From Bacteroidota bacterium (GTDB lineage: Bacteria > Bacteroidota > Bacteroidia > UBA7662), in assembly GCA_005799065.1 (NCBI GenBank), contig SYHW01000060.1, positions 8,654 to 72,653 on the forward strand: a stretch of DNA of 64,000 nucleotides. Direction: 5' to 3'. The position numbers were made by a program, and so were the translations under genes. The notes below the pieces were generated by a model that did no database searches, was not told the origin of the DNA, and was given only the letters and a program-made list of their open reading frames with translations. This document shows positions 10,297 to 19,250 of the stretch, piece after piece; positions within the stretch are counted from its first letter, which is position 1, and every line of letters begins with the position of its first letter.

Positions 10297-10877
10297 TCGC
10301 CAGGATATTACTGCTTAGCGCGTCGCTTTCAGGTTGTGCCTTGATCGCCGACAAGAAAGACCCGGGTTGGGAATATGCACCCCAAATGTATGTTTCAGAT
10401 TCCTATGAGCCCTACAGCCAGGTGCGAGAACATACGGTGAATGCCGATGGAAAAAATATGCGTGCTCCTGTTGAGGGCAGTATACCTCGTTCTTCCACAG
10501 GCTACGACAACACCCGTTTGGAGTTGATGTATAACTACCCCATTCACAAAGACAGCATCGCAGATGCTGCCCGGATTTTGAAGAACCCGTTGGAGACGAA
10601 TGAGAAGAATTTGGCCTCAGGAAAGTACCTCTATACTTCCTATTGTGCACCTTGCCACGGTGACGCGGGTGCTGGTGATGGCTTGGTGGGTCAAAAGTAT
10701 GGCGGGGTGGCCAACTATAAGGCCTCCAATGTTGTCAACGTTTCTTCAGGCCATATCTATCATGTGATCTCTAAGGGCAAGGGCAGAATGTGGGGACAAG
10801 CCTCGCAAATTCGCCCTGTAGAAAGATGGCAGATCGTACAATATGTCAACCAATTAAGAGGATATCAGGGAGAATAA
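10293..10877 (+). CDS. actE: Alternative complex III subunit E, monoheme cytochrome c lipoprotein
   Basis: Lipobox LSGC, single CAPCH, distal Met in GKGRM, RWQIVQYV. Confidence 0.9.
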   Translation: MIARILLLSASLSGCALIADKKDPGWEYAPQMYVSDSYEPYSQVREHTVNADGKNMRAPVEGSIPRSSTGYDNTRLELMYNYPIHKDSIADAARILKNPLETNEKNLASGKYLYTSYCAPCHGDAGAGDGLVGQKYGGVANYKASNVVNVSSGHIYHVISKGKGRMWGQASQIRPVERWQIVQYVNQLRGYQGE

Positions 10878-10880
10878 ACC

Positions 10881-12098
10881 ATGGGACATCACCACGAATT
10901 TCATCCTGCCCCCGAGCAGTTCAAGCCTTCCGATTCATTGCGCCGCATTTTGATGGGCATGATGGGTGTTGGGGTATTGGCCATCGCCTTTGGCTTATTC
11001 ACCAACCCCGATCGGTTTTGGGCTAATTTCTTATTAAACAACTGGTATTTCATGGGCCTAGGTCTCATGGGTACTTTGTTTTTGGCTATCCAATCCGCCA
11101 GCAATGCGGGCTGGTCGGCTGGATTTAAGCGCATCCCCGAAGCCATGGCGGGTTACCTTCCTGTAGCTTATGTGGGTATGGGTGTCCTGTTGTTGGCCTT
11201 GATATTCCATTGGAACCACCTCTATCATTGGGCGGTGGAAGGGATTGCGGATCCCTCAAGTCACCACTACGATGAGATCATCGCCGAAAAAGTGGCTTAC
11301 CTGAATGTGCCGTTTATGGTCGGTCGGGTACTGGTTATTTTTGCATTGTGGTATTTATTTACCCGAGCCATGCGTCGGAATTCACTTTTAGAGGACGAAA
11401 TTGGCGGGGTAAAGATGCTGAAGCGCAATAAAACCATCAGTGTCATTTTCCTGCCTGTGTTTGCCGTAAGTTGGGCCATGTCGTCGTGGGATTGGCTGAT
11501 GAGCCTCGATGCCCATTGGTATTCTACAATTTTCTGGGTTTATCAATTTGCCGCATCTTGGGTAACGGCCATTTCTGTGATCACCCTCACCGTAATCCTT
11601 CTGCGTCGGGCCGGCTACCTCAAGATGGTGACCGATAACCACCTCCATGATTTAGGTAAGTTTATGTTTGCTTTCAGTATTTTCTGGACGTATATCTGGA
11701 TTTCGCAATACCTTTTGATTTTCTATGCGAACATCCCTGAAGAAACGATTTACTTCCAAGAGCGATTTGAACACTTCGAATTTTTGTTTTTGTTCAACAT
11801 AGTCATCAATTTCTTGACTCCTTTCTTTTTACTGATGACTCGGGGTTCTAAGCGCAACGACGGCCTCATGCTGTCTGTTGCCCTGGTCATCATTATTGGA
11901 AAGTGGATCGACCTCTACCTGGGCATTATGCCAGGGACTCTTGGTGCAAAAGCAGGTATCGGATTCATTGAGATTGGTATGTTTATCGGTTTTGCAGGAT
12001 TGTTTGGTTGGGTTTTGGTGAAGGGTTTAAGCGCGGTATCTCTGGTTCCCGCAAAGCATCCATTCCTCAAAGAATTTGCCCACCACGAGGTATTGTAA
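10881..12098 (+). CDS. actF: Alternative complex III subunit F, membrane subunit
   Basis: DWLMSLDAHWYST, HLHDLGKFMFAFSIFWTY and YANIPEET motifs; about 10 TM helices. Confidence 0.9.
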   Translation: MGHHHEFHPAPEQFKPSDSLRRILMGMMGVGVLAIAFGLFTNPDRFWANFLLNNWYFMGLGLMGTLFLAIQSASNAGWSAGFKRIPEAMAGYLPVAYVGMGVLLLALIFHWNHLYHWAVEGIADPSSHHYDEIIAEKVAYLNVPFMVGRVLVIFALWYLFTRAMRRNSLLEDEIGGVKMLKRNKTISVIFLPVFAVSWAMSSWDWLMSLDAHWYSTIFWVYQFAASWVTAISVITLTVILLRRAGYLKMVTDNHLHDLGKFMFAFSIFWTYIWISQYLLIFYANIPEETIYFQERFEHFEFLFLFNIVINFLTPFFLLMTRGSKRNDGLMLSVALVIIIGKWIDLYLGIMPGTLGAKAGIGFIEIGMFIGFAGLFGWVLVKGLSAVSLVPAKHPFLKEFAHHEVL

Positions 12099-12160
12099 CC
12101 TACTTGATTTTTTGTTGTTTATAGAGCAAATTGATTTTTTGTTGTCTCAAAAAAAAAGTT

Positions 12161-13414
12161 TTGGCACGCCGCTTGCTTACCCTCACATTTTTTCTGATTC
12201 TGGCACATCCAATTGTTCGTGCCCAAATGAGCTTAATTGGAATGTCGCCCAGGCCTGCAATGGATTCAATCGACGTGATCAAGTGGCAGCCCATGAGTGG
12301 AATATCTCCCGCCAGATATACGGCTCCCGTTTATGGGTGGACGAACAACACAGGTTTGTTTGATGCGTTTCAAGGGAAATACTATTTGTCGGCCATAACC
12401 CCAAGTGGAGGGCAATTGATGTCATTTCACCCGATCTCTAACCAAGTTTCTTTCGCGAGTCTTGGTCAAATTTCGAATTCGACGGAAATTGACATGAGTA
12501 ACGGAAGATTCTACAGCATCGTTGCTCAGATCAGTGGTGATCTAGGTGTTTACGAATTCAATCCGTCCTCGGGTACTGATACCTTACTGGGAACCATCGT
12601 TGAACCGGGTATTCAGGAGGTTGCAGCCAATGCAACGGCTTTCGATTCGAATAATGGAGTTTTGTTTTACATAGGCCAGGACGGTAATTTGAATTACCTG
12701 TACACATTAAATCTGCGTGGAGCTGCGTTTAGTTGGTCTAAAACTGTATTACCCACCAATTTTAATCCAGTAACCCAGACTGTAGTGCCCTATTTCTGTG
12801 TCAACTTTGATAATCAACAAAATATACTTTTTGCAGTGACGGCTGAATACGATTCAACATGGACTCAGGTGAACTGGAATATTGTAGAAATAGATCGAGG
12901 CAACGGCAATTTAACCACACGGTATTCGCTTGACGCTTTTCCTTACTTGATGCACTTGGGCACTTCAGTATACGACCAAAATAGCGGTACATTACTTTTA
13001 ACCGGACCAGATACATTGAGTAATGGTGGTCAACGACTCATCTTGTTCAATACTATAACAAATAATATAACAACAGACATTTTACCTGCAGCAACATATG
13101 AAATCGCCTGCGACAACCATCAATTTGCTCAAAACCGCTACGGGTCGTCAACAAGTGCTTCAAGTTTAGAAAAGGATCAGAAATTAAATATTTATCCCAA
13201 CCCGACAAATAACCATTTTCTCATCAATTCCGAATTACCCTTGGTTCCTGTGGAGGTACTGATTCAAGGGATGAACGGTCAGTTTGTATTACAAACACAA
13301 ACGCTTCCTTCTGATTCTAATCCAATATCGTTGCCTGCACTCGCCCAAGGTGTGTATGTCGTTCACCTGCGCCAAGGCGAATCGCGTTCCACCCATCGCT
13401 TGCTGGTCCGTTAG
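12161..13414 (+). CDS. Secreted beta-propeller-like protein with T9SS type A C-terminal sorting domain
   Basis: Signal peptide ending IVRA-Q; repeated blade motifs (LFDAFQGKYY, IDMSNGRFY, AFDSNNGVLF, NFDNQQNILF, VYDQNSGTLL); C-terminal IYPNP...LAQGVYVV...RLLVR. Start TTG 12161 (ORF opens at 12131). Confidence 0.82.
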   Translation: MARRLLTLTFFLILAHPIVRAQMSLIGMSPRPAMDSIDVIKWQPMSGISPARYTAPVYGWTNNTGLFDAFQGKYYLSAITPSGGQLMSFHPISNQVSFASLGQISNSTEIDMSNGRFYSIVAQISGDLGVYEFNPSSGTDTLLGTIVEPGIQEVAANATAFDSNNGVLFYIGQDGNLNYLYTLNLRGAAFSWSKTVLPTNFNPVTQTVVPYFCVNFDNQQNILFAVTAEYDSTWTQVNWNIVEIDRGNGNLTTRYSLDAFPYLMHLGTSVYDQNSGTLLLTGPDTLSNGGQRLILFNTITNNITTDILPAATYEIACDNHQFAQNRYGSSTSASSLEKDQKLNIYPNPTNNHFLINSELPLVPVEVLIQGMNGQFVLQTQTLPSDSNPISLPALAQGVYVVHLRQGESRSTHRLLVR

Positions 13415-13433
13415 TCGATCAGTTCATCTTCGC

Positions 13434-13610
13434 CTACATTTTTTCTACAGGAAGTCTAGGGTTTGCTTCCTTGGCCTTTTCGTATTCTTTTTTGGTGTAG
13501 GGGTTTACTGGAGTTTTCAAATCTATTTGGCCTGCGGAATCAATTTTTCGGGCGCATGAGGTATTGGTGAGGATAAAGAGTACTGCATAGCAGGTCAAAA
13601 TCGACTTCAT
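13434..13610 (-). CDS. Possible small lipoprotein (58 aa)
   Basis: MKSILTCYAVLFILTNTSC signal followed by a charged tail; short, with a non-canonical lipobox. Confidence 0.35.
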   Translation of the reverse strand: MKSILTCYAVLFILTNTSCARKIDSAGQIDLKTPVNPYTKKEYEKAKEANPRLPVEKM

Positions 13611-13741
13611 CCGGTAAGCGTTTTGTGTCATTAGAGATGCGTTTTGTGTTATTAGATATAATGATTCTTGCCGCCAAAAGGTGTTGTTTTCGAACATTAT
13701 GTTTTTAGTCGAAGCGATCTTTGGATTACATCTGAATCGAC

Positions 13742-14914
13742 TCAGGAAGATGAGCCGAGTATGGGGTGTCGATTAAATGGCTGTTCGGGATCAAACAGAA
13801 GGCGGAACACGGTGAGGGTTCGACTTTGCTCAAATTCCAACTCCTTGGCAATTTGAATCATTTTAGGGTTGAAGTCACCAATCCACTGAAGTTCTGTTTC
13901 TTGATAGCGCGTACGGCTTTGAATGACTTGGGCTGCTTCCACCACTATGAATTTGTCGATCCCCTTTCCTTGATGTTCTGGCGTAATCCCAAAGATGATG
14001 CCCACAAATCGGGTACAGGTACGGCGTTTGAGGTGCCACAGCAACTTGAGTTTCTCAAGCCATCCCAACTTCCCGTTGTAGTGCCTAAAAATTTGATTGA
14101 GGTCTGGGATATTCAGGTACATCGCGACAGGCTCATCTTGGGCATACACAAACCAAGCGATATCCTCGTCCATGATGGGTTTCATCGCCTTGAAAATCTT
14201 GATGGCCTGTTCTTGCGGCATCTCTTTGTTTCCTTCATGCTTGGCCCAGGCTTTGTTGTATACCGTACAAAAATCGCGTGCATAGCGTTTCCAGTCGTCC
14301 AGCCGTACCCGATCGGCGCGATAGATGCCCGTTTCTTTAAGTTTTTTATGTACTTCCAAAAATCGTTGAGGAAGTGCATCCTGAACGGGTCTGCGGAAGC
14401 AGATCTGGTTGTAGAACGGGCGAAAACCAGCAGAGGTTAACAGCGACTCATAATAGGGAGGATTGAAATTCATGCCGTAGGGAGGTGCTTCAAAGCCATC
14501 CACCAAAAGGCCCCAAAAGCGGTCGCGTTCCCCAAAATTAACGGGTCCGTCCATGGCTTGCATCCCCATCTTCTCGAGCCAAATGCGGGCCGTATGCAAA
14601 AGGAGCGCAGCTTCTTCCGGTTTGTTGCGGCAATCGAAAAAGCCAAAGCAGCCCGTGGCTTGTTGATCACCTTTGTTTTTGTACTTGCGGTTGGTAAAGG
14701 CAGCGATACGGCCCACCGCCTTGCCGTTTTTATCCAACAAGAGCCAACGACAGGCTTCGCCCCGACGAAAACTCTTGTTTTTTTCTGGGTCGAAGACCTC
14801 TTCTACATCTTTGTCGAGTGGACGGATAAACCCGCGTTCATGCCGGTTGAGTTCGACGTGCACCGCCAAAAATGTGCGGGCCTGCTGTGCTGTTTGTACT
14901 TCTTGAATGGTCAT
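13742..14914 (-). CDS. GNAT-fold acyltransferase, YghO / bacterial ceramide-synthase-like family
   Basis: GRIAAF...GCFGFFDC...GPVNF...GLLVDGF...NPPYY; C-terminal GITPEHQGKG acyl-CoA-binding motif. Confidence 0.7.
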   Translation of the reverse strand: MTIQEVQTAQQARTFLAVHVELNRHERGFIRPLDKDVEEVFDPEKNKSFRRGEACRWLLLDKNGKAVGRIAAFTNRKYKNKGDQQATGCFGFFDCRNKPEEAALLLHTARIWLEKMGMQAMDGPVNFGERDRFWGLLVDGFEAPPYGMNFNPPYYESLLTSAGFRPFYNQICFRRPVQDALPQRFLEVHKKLKETGIYRADRVRLDDWKRYARDFCTVYNKAWAKHEGNKEMPQEQAIKIFKAMKPIMDEDIAWFVYAQDEPVAMYLNIPDLNQIFRHYNGKLGWLEKLKLLWHLKRRTCTRFVGIIFGITPEHQGKGIDKFIVVEAAQVIQSRTRYQETELQWIGDFNPKMIQIAKELEFEQSRTLTVFRLLFDPEQPFNRHPILGSSS

Positions 14915-14959
14915 TTATTTTCGTTTTCGTCGCAAAATTAATGTCTGTTTTCGTCGCAA

Positions 14960-16849
14960 TCAGTCGATGTTTTGGTCACCACCCATTGCTGTTTTCGCCG
15001 TTTCAATCCGATCGGCCAGCGGAATTTCCGGGTTTATCGTTTCAGCCGAATGCTGGTTCACGCACCACAAACGGATGGCTTCGGCCCTCCGGGCACCCAC
15101 CGCCTCGATCCATTCAGCAGGCGAGGCACTGCATAAGCGTTCCACCGATCCAAAACGGCGAAGAAGAACTTCGGCCGATTTGGGCCCCACCCCAGGAATC
15201 TCTGTGAGCTGGGTAGCAATGAACTTTCGGGAGCGAAGGTTTCGGTGGTGGGTTAGGCCAAAACGATGCGCCTCATCCCGCATCTGCTGTATGATTTTTA
15301 GGGTGATGCTTTTTTTATCGAGGTGCAGTGGCACGGGGTCATTGGGGTAGAAAAGTTCCTCCAAATTCTTAGCAATACCCAAAACAGGCAGTTTTCGGTC
15401 CAGTCCAAGGGCACTCAAGGCCTCCAGCGCCGACGACAATTGTCCCTTTCCACCGTCGACCACCACCAAATCCGGTAGGGGCAACTTTTCTTCGACAAGC
15501 CTACGATACCTTCTGTAAACAGCCTCTTTCATACTGGCAAAATCATTCGGGCCTTCCACGCTTCGGATAAGAAAATGACGGTAGTCTTTCTTACTTGGCT
15601 TTGCATCCCTAAAAACCACACAGGCCGAAACCGCCGAGGTGCCGTGGAAGTTGGAATTGTCGAAGCACTCAATATAGGCAGGCGGATGGTTCAAAGCAAG
15701 GTCCTTCTGCATTTGGGCCAAAACGCGGGTAGTTCGAGATTCCTGTTGCTTGTCGTCGCGCTGTCGAATCAAATCACTGAGGAAATACATGGCATTTTTC
15801 CAGCTGAGCTCAACGATCTTCTTTTTCTCGCCTTGCCGCGGCACCTGCACATCAAGCGCCGCAGGTAGCCCCTCTACCGCTCGATTTAACAGCAGACGTT
15901 TACTCTCACTGTTGTAGCGGTTCCGGAGTTCGACGATGCCGTATAACAACAGGGTCGCTTCATCCTCATCGAGGCGGCGCGCAATTTCGAGGTTGTGACT
16001 AATCACAATGCGCCCTTGCTGCATGTGTAGAAAATTAACGACAGCCGTATCGTCTTTCATCGCCACACTAAATACATCAGTCTCGGTGATGTCGTGATGC
16101 ACCACGGTCGATTTGGCCTGATACTGCTCGAGCAACTCCATTTTCTTTTTCACGCGTGCAGCCTGTTCGAACCGCAAGTCGGCGGCATGTAGCTTCATCT
16201 CATCGCGCAATAAAGCTGCAGCTTTTTGGTAATGACCCTTTAAAATGAGACGAATGGCATCGATCTGTTCCAGGTAGGACGCCTCCGATTGACGGCCTTC
16301 GCAGGGGGCGAGACAGTTGCCAATCTGGTATTCGAGGCAGGCGCGGAACTTGCCTTGGGCTATAGACCGGGGATTAAGCGGAAGGCTGCATGTTCGAAGT
16401 GGGTAGATGCGGCGCACCAATTCAAGCATGGTGCGCATAGCCAATACCGAGGGAAATGGGCCCAGGTACGTACTGCCGTCGCGCACAAGGCGGCGGGTTG
16501 GGAAAATGCGGGGGAAGTGCTCGTTGCGAATCACCAGGTAGGGATACGTCTTATCGTCCTTAAGCCGGATGTTGTAGCGCGGTTGGTAGGTTTTGATAAG
16601 CGAATTCTCCAACAAAAGCGCGTCCATCTCCGTTTCGGTGAGGGTAAAGTCGATGCGGGCGATGCGGTCGATCATCATCCGCAAGCGCCCCTCACGTTGA
16701 AGATCCGGACGGAAATAGCTGGAAACACGCTTGCGTAGATTTTTCGCCTTACCCACATAGAGCAGCAGTTCCGATCGATCGTAATAGCGGTAAACGCCCG
16801 GACTCTCGGGTAAAACGATTTCTAATTGACGGAATTCCTCGGGGCGCAC
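14960..16849 (-). CDS. uvrC: Excinuclease ABC subunit C
   Basis: GIY-YIG (PGVYRY...YVGKAKNLRKRV), DDKTYPY, UVR domain, ECFDNS, DGGKGQL, RDEAHRF and HhH motifs. Start GTG 16849. Confidence 0.97.
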   Translation of the reverse strand: MRPEEFRQLEIVLPESPGVYRYYDRSELLLYVGKAKNLRKRVSSYFRPDLQREGRLRMMIDRIARIDFTLTETEMDALLLENSLIKTYQPRYNIRLKDDKTYPYLVIRNEHFPRIFPTRRLVRDGSTYLGPFPSVLAMRTMLELVRRIYPLRTCSLPLNPRSIAQGKFRACLEYQIGNCLAPCEGRQSEASYLEQIDAIRLILKGHYQKAAALLRDEMKLHAADLRFEQAARVKKKMELLEQYQAKSTVVHHDITETDVFSVAMKDDTAVVNFLHMQQGRIVISHNLEIARRLDEDEATLLLYGIVELRNRYNSESKRLLLNRAVEGLPAALDVQVPRQGEKKKIVELSWKNAMYFLSDLIRQRDDKQQESRTTRVLAQMQKDLALNHPPAYIECFDNSNFHGTSAVSACVVFRDAKPSKKDYRHFLIRSVEGPNDFASMKEAVYRRYRRLVEEKLPLPDLVVVDGGKGQLSSALEALSALGLDRKLPVLGIAKNLEELFYPNDPVPLHLDKKSITLKIIQQMRDEAHRFGLTHHRNLRSRKFIATQLTEIPGVGPKSAEVLLRRFGSVERLCSASPAEWIEAVGARRAEAIRLWCVNQHSAETINPEIPLADRIETAKTAMGGDQNID

Positions 16850-16921
16850 CCCACAAAAATAAGGCACAACTTTATTCTCTTTTTTTTGTTTTATAATTTC
16901 GGCTCATCAAAAGGCAATCAG

Positions 16922-16929
16922 TAGCTTTG
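16922..16929 (+). promoter_or_regulatory. -7 promoter element for the aro operon
   Basis: TAGCTTTG matches TAnnTTTG. Confidence 0.6.
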
Positions 16930-16940
16930 TCTTTCGCTGG

Positions 16941-16982
16941 CCCATAAACGAGCAAACCCATAAACGAGCAAACCCATAAACG
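16941..16982. repeat. 16-bp tandem repeat CCCATAAACGAGCAAA x2.6
   Basis: Units at 16941 and 16957, partial unit at 16973. Confidence 0.9.
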
Positions 16983-17017
16983 CTTCGACCCGAATCCAAA
17001 TCACCCCAAGCCAAAAC

Positions 17018-18136
17018 ATGATTCATAAGTCAGCCTGGAACAAGCACAACCGACAAATGCTCATCGCGGGTCCGTGTAGTGCCGAATCGCCGCAACAATT
17101 CTCAGAAAGCATACAGGGCATCTTGCCTGCGCAGCCTGATTTGATTCGCGCGGGCATTTGGAAACCACGTACCAAGCCTGGGCAATTTGAGGGCCTAGGG
17201 GTATCTGCGCTCGGGTGGACACACGAAATAGCCCAACAGCTTGGTGTTCCATTGATGGTAGAGGTGGGCTCGGCTGAACATGTAGAACAGGTTTTGGAGG
17301 CCGGAATTCGTCATGTTTGGATCGGGGCGCGTACCACAGTGAATCCATTTATGGTCCAGGAAATCGCTACCGCACTGGAAGGCAGCGCAATAGCCGTTCT
17401 GGTCAAAAATCCGGTGAGTCCGGACATTGAACTGTGGTCGGGAGCCATCGAGCGGCTTTCTAAAGCTGGTATTAAACAGCTTGGCGCGGTGCACCGGGGA
17501 TTCACCGGTTATGGACGCACCCTTTACCGCAACCACCCCTCATGGGAAATTCCCATTGAGCTGAGGCGCCGATATCCCGATATGCTCATCCTATGTGATC
17601 CCAGCCACATCTCGGGCGATCGCCTTCTCGTGCCGGAAGTAGCGCAAATGGCGCTCGATTTGGAGTTCGACGGGTTGATGGTGGAGTCGCACGTGAGCCC
17701 GGATTCGGCTCTTTCCGACGCCAAACAGCAGCTTACCCCTCAGGCACTGTTGGATATGCTTGCGCGCCTAGTGCACCGTAATCTCCAAAGTACCGATGGG
17801 GTGGTGAATGCGCGTCTCGAGCAACTTCGCGCCCAGATCGACGGGGTTGATGCCCAAATCATTTCGCTCCTACAAGAGCGAATGATGCTGGTGGATGATA
17901 TTGGATCGGTTAAGGAAGAATTCGACATCACCATATTGCAACACGAAAGGTGGACGGAAATTTTGAAAACCCGACAATCCTGGGCTACCCAACTGAACCC
18001 CGATTTTGTGCGGCAAATGTTGTTTCTCATCCATCAGGAAAGTATCGATCGACAGGCTGAACGCTTTCGGCATGCCCGCGCATCAGAACTCTTGGATGAA
18101 GTAAGACATATACAAAAAAAAGCATTCAACTTCTAG
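17018..18136 (+). CDS. Bifunctional DAHP synthase (type I-beta) / chorismate mutase
   Basis: IAGPCSAES, RAGIWKPRT, IGARTT and CDPSH motifs; C-terminal AroQ-type LRAQIDGVD...ER domain. Confidence 0.92.
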   Translation: MIHKSAWNKHNRQMLIAGPCSAESPQQFSESIQGILPAQPDLIRAGIWKPRTKPGQFEGLGVSALGWTHEIAQQLGVPLMVEVGSAEHVEQVLEAGIRHVWIGARTTVNPFMVQEIATALEGSAIAVLVKNPVSPDIELWSGAIERLSKAGIKQLGAVHRGFTGYGRTLYRNHPSWEIPIELRRRYPDMLILCDPSHISGDRLLVPEVAQMALDLEFDGLMVESHVSPDSALSDAKQQLTPQALLDMLARLVHRNLQSTDGVVNARLEQLRAQIDGVDAQIISLLQERMMLVDDIGSVKEEFDITILQHERWTEILKTRQSWATQLNPDFVRQMLFLIHQESIDRQAERFRHARASELLDEVRHIQKKAFNF

Positions 18137-18197
18137 ATTGAGCATTTGGGATTATGCATTGGGCTCGAAAAATTGACTAAACCCCAGGATAAAGGAA

Positions 18198-19250
18198 ATG
18201 GTTGCAAGGTACTACACGCTACACCCGCTGATTCAGCCCAAAAACACGGTAGATTGGGTCATTAAATGGCGCAAAAAGGAAGAGTTGGAGCAATTGGTCG
18301 TTTTTTGCGACAGCAATACCCGATACCTGGCTCAGCCGTTGGCGGATGCCGTCGACGCCTTGTGCCTTGAGGTTCCGGCCGGAGAGGAAAATAAAAACCT
18401 ACAGCAGGCCGAACGCCTATGGCAGGCACTGCGTACTGCAGAAGCGAGCCGCAAAACAGGATGGATCAATGTTGGCGGTGGGATGGTATGCGATTTGGGT
18501 GGATTTGTGGCCTCCAACTACATGCGTGGCATTCCATTGGTTCACATCCCTACCACATTATTGGCGCAAATCGACGCAGCGCTCTGTGGGAAAACCGCCG
18601 TTAATTTGGGCCCGTGGAAAAACCAGATCGGGACCTATTACCTTCCGGAGGCGGTGCTGCTCGATCCAGCGATGCTCAAGAAACTACCGGCGGAGGAGGT
18701 TCTTAATGGCAAGGCGGAGATGTTCAAGCACGGACTCATCGAGGACGTTAGGCTCATCGATTATTTGGAAAAACTCCCCCCCAATACAATGCCGGGGCTC
18801 GGGTGGGTTCGGCGTGCAGCAGAAGTTAAGATGTATTGGGCAGGTGTCGATCCGCATGAAAAAAGCCACCGAAAGATTTTGAACACCGGCCATACGGTGG
18901 CGCATGCCCTGGAGGCCTGGTACCTCGCTCAAGGGCAAACCCTACCGCATGGTCAAGCCGTTTGGGCCGGACTTATGGCGGAAGGCTGGTTGGCCGTGCA
19001 GGCCGGATTGGTGACTGAGGAGGGTGCAATGGTGTGGATGTTGGACATTCCGCGCTTCGTGACACCCAGAAATTGGCCCAAGACAGCCGATTGGTTGCCA
19101 TGGATGGCCGCCGATAAAAAGAATAAGGCGGGTAAAATCGGATTCAGCTTGCCTACCTATCCGGGAAATTGCCTCACCGATCAGTACCTCAGTCCAAAAG
19201 AGGTCGGCATTCTGCTGAGAAAGTTTGATCTCAACACATGGCTGAGCTGA
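18198..19250 (+). CDS. aroB: 3-dehydroquinate synthase
   Basis: GGGMVCDLGGF, RGIPLVHIPTTLLAQIDA, KNQIG, LNTGHTVAHALE and HGQAV motifs. Confidence 0.93.
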   Translation: MVARYYTLHPLIQPKNTVDWVIKWRKKEELEQLVVFCDSNTRYLAQPLADAVDALCLEVPAGEENKNLQQAERLWQALRTAEASRKTGWINVGGGMVCDLGGFVASNYMRGIPLVHIPTTLLAQIDAALCGKTAVNLGPWKNQIGTYYLPEAVLLDPAMLKKLPAEEVLNGKAEMFKHGLIEDVRLIDYLEKLPPNTMPGLGWVRRAAEVKMYWAGVDPHEKSHRKILNTGHTVAHALEAWYLAQGQTLPHGQAVWAGLMAEGWLAVQAGLVTEEGAMVWMLDIPRFVTPRNWPKTADWLPWMAADKKNKAGKIGFSLPTYPGNCLTDQYLSPKEVGILLRKFDLNTWLS

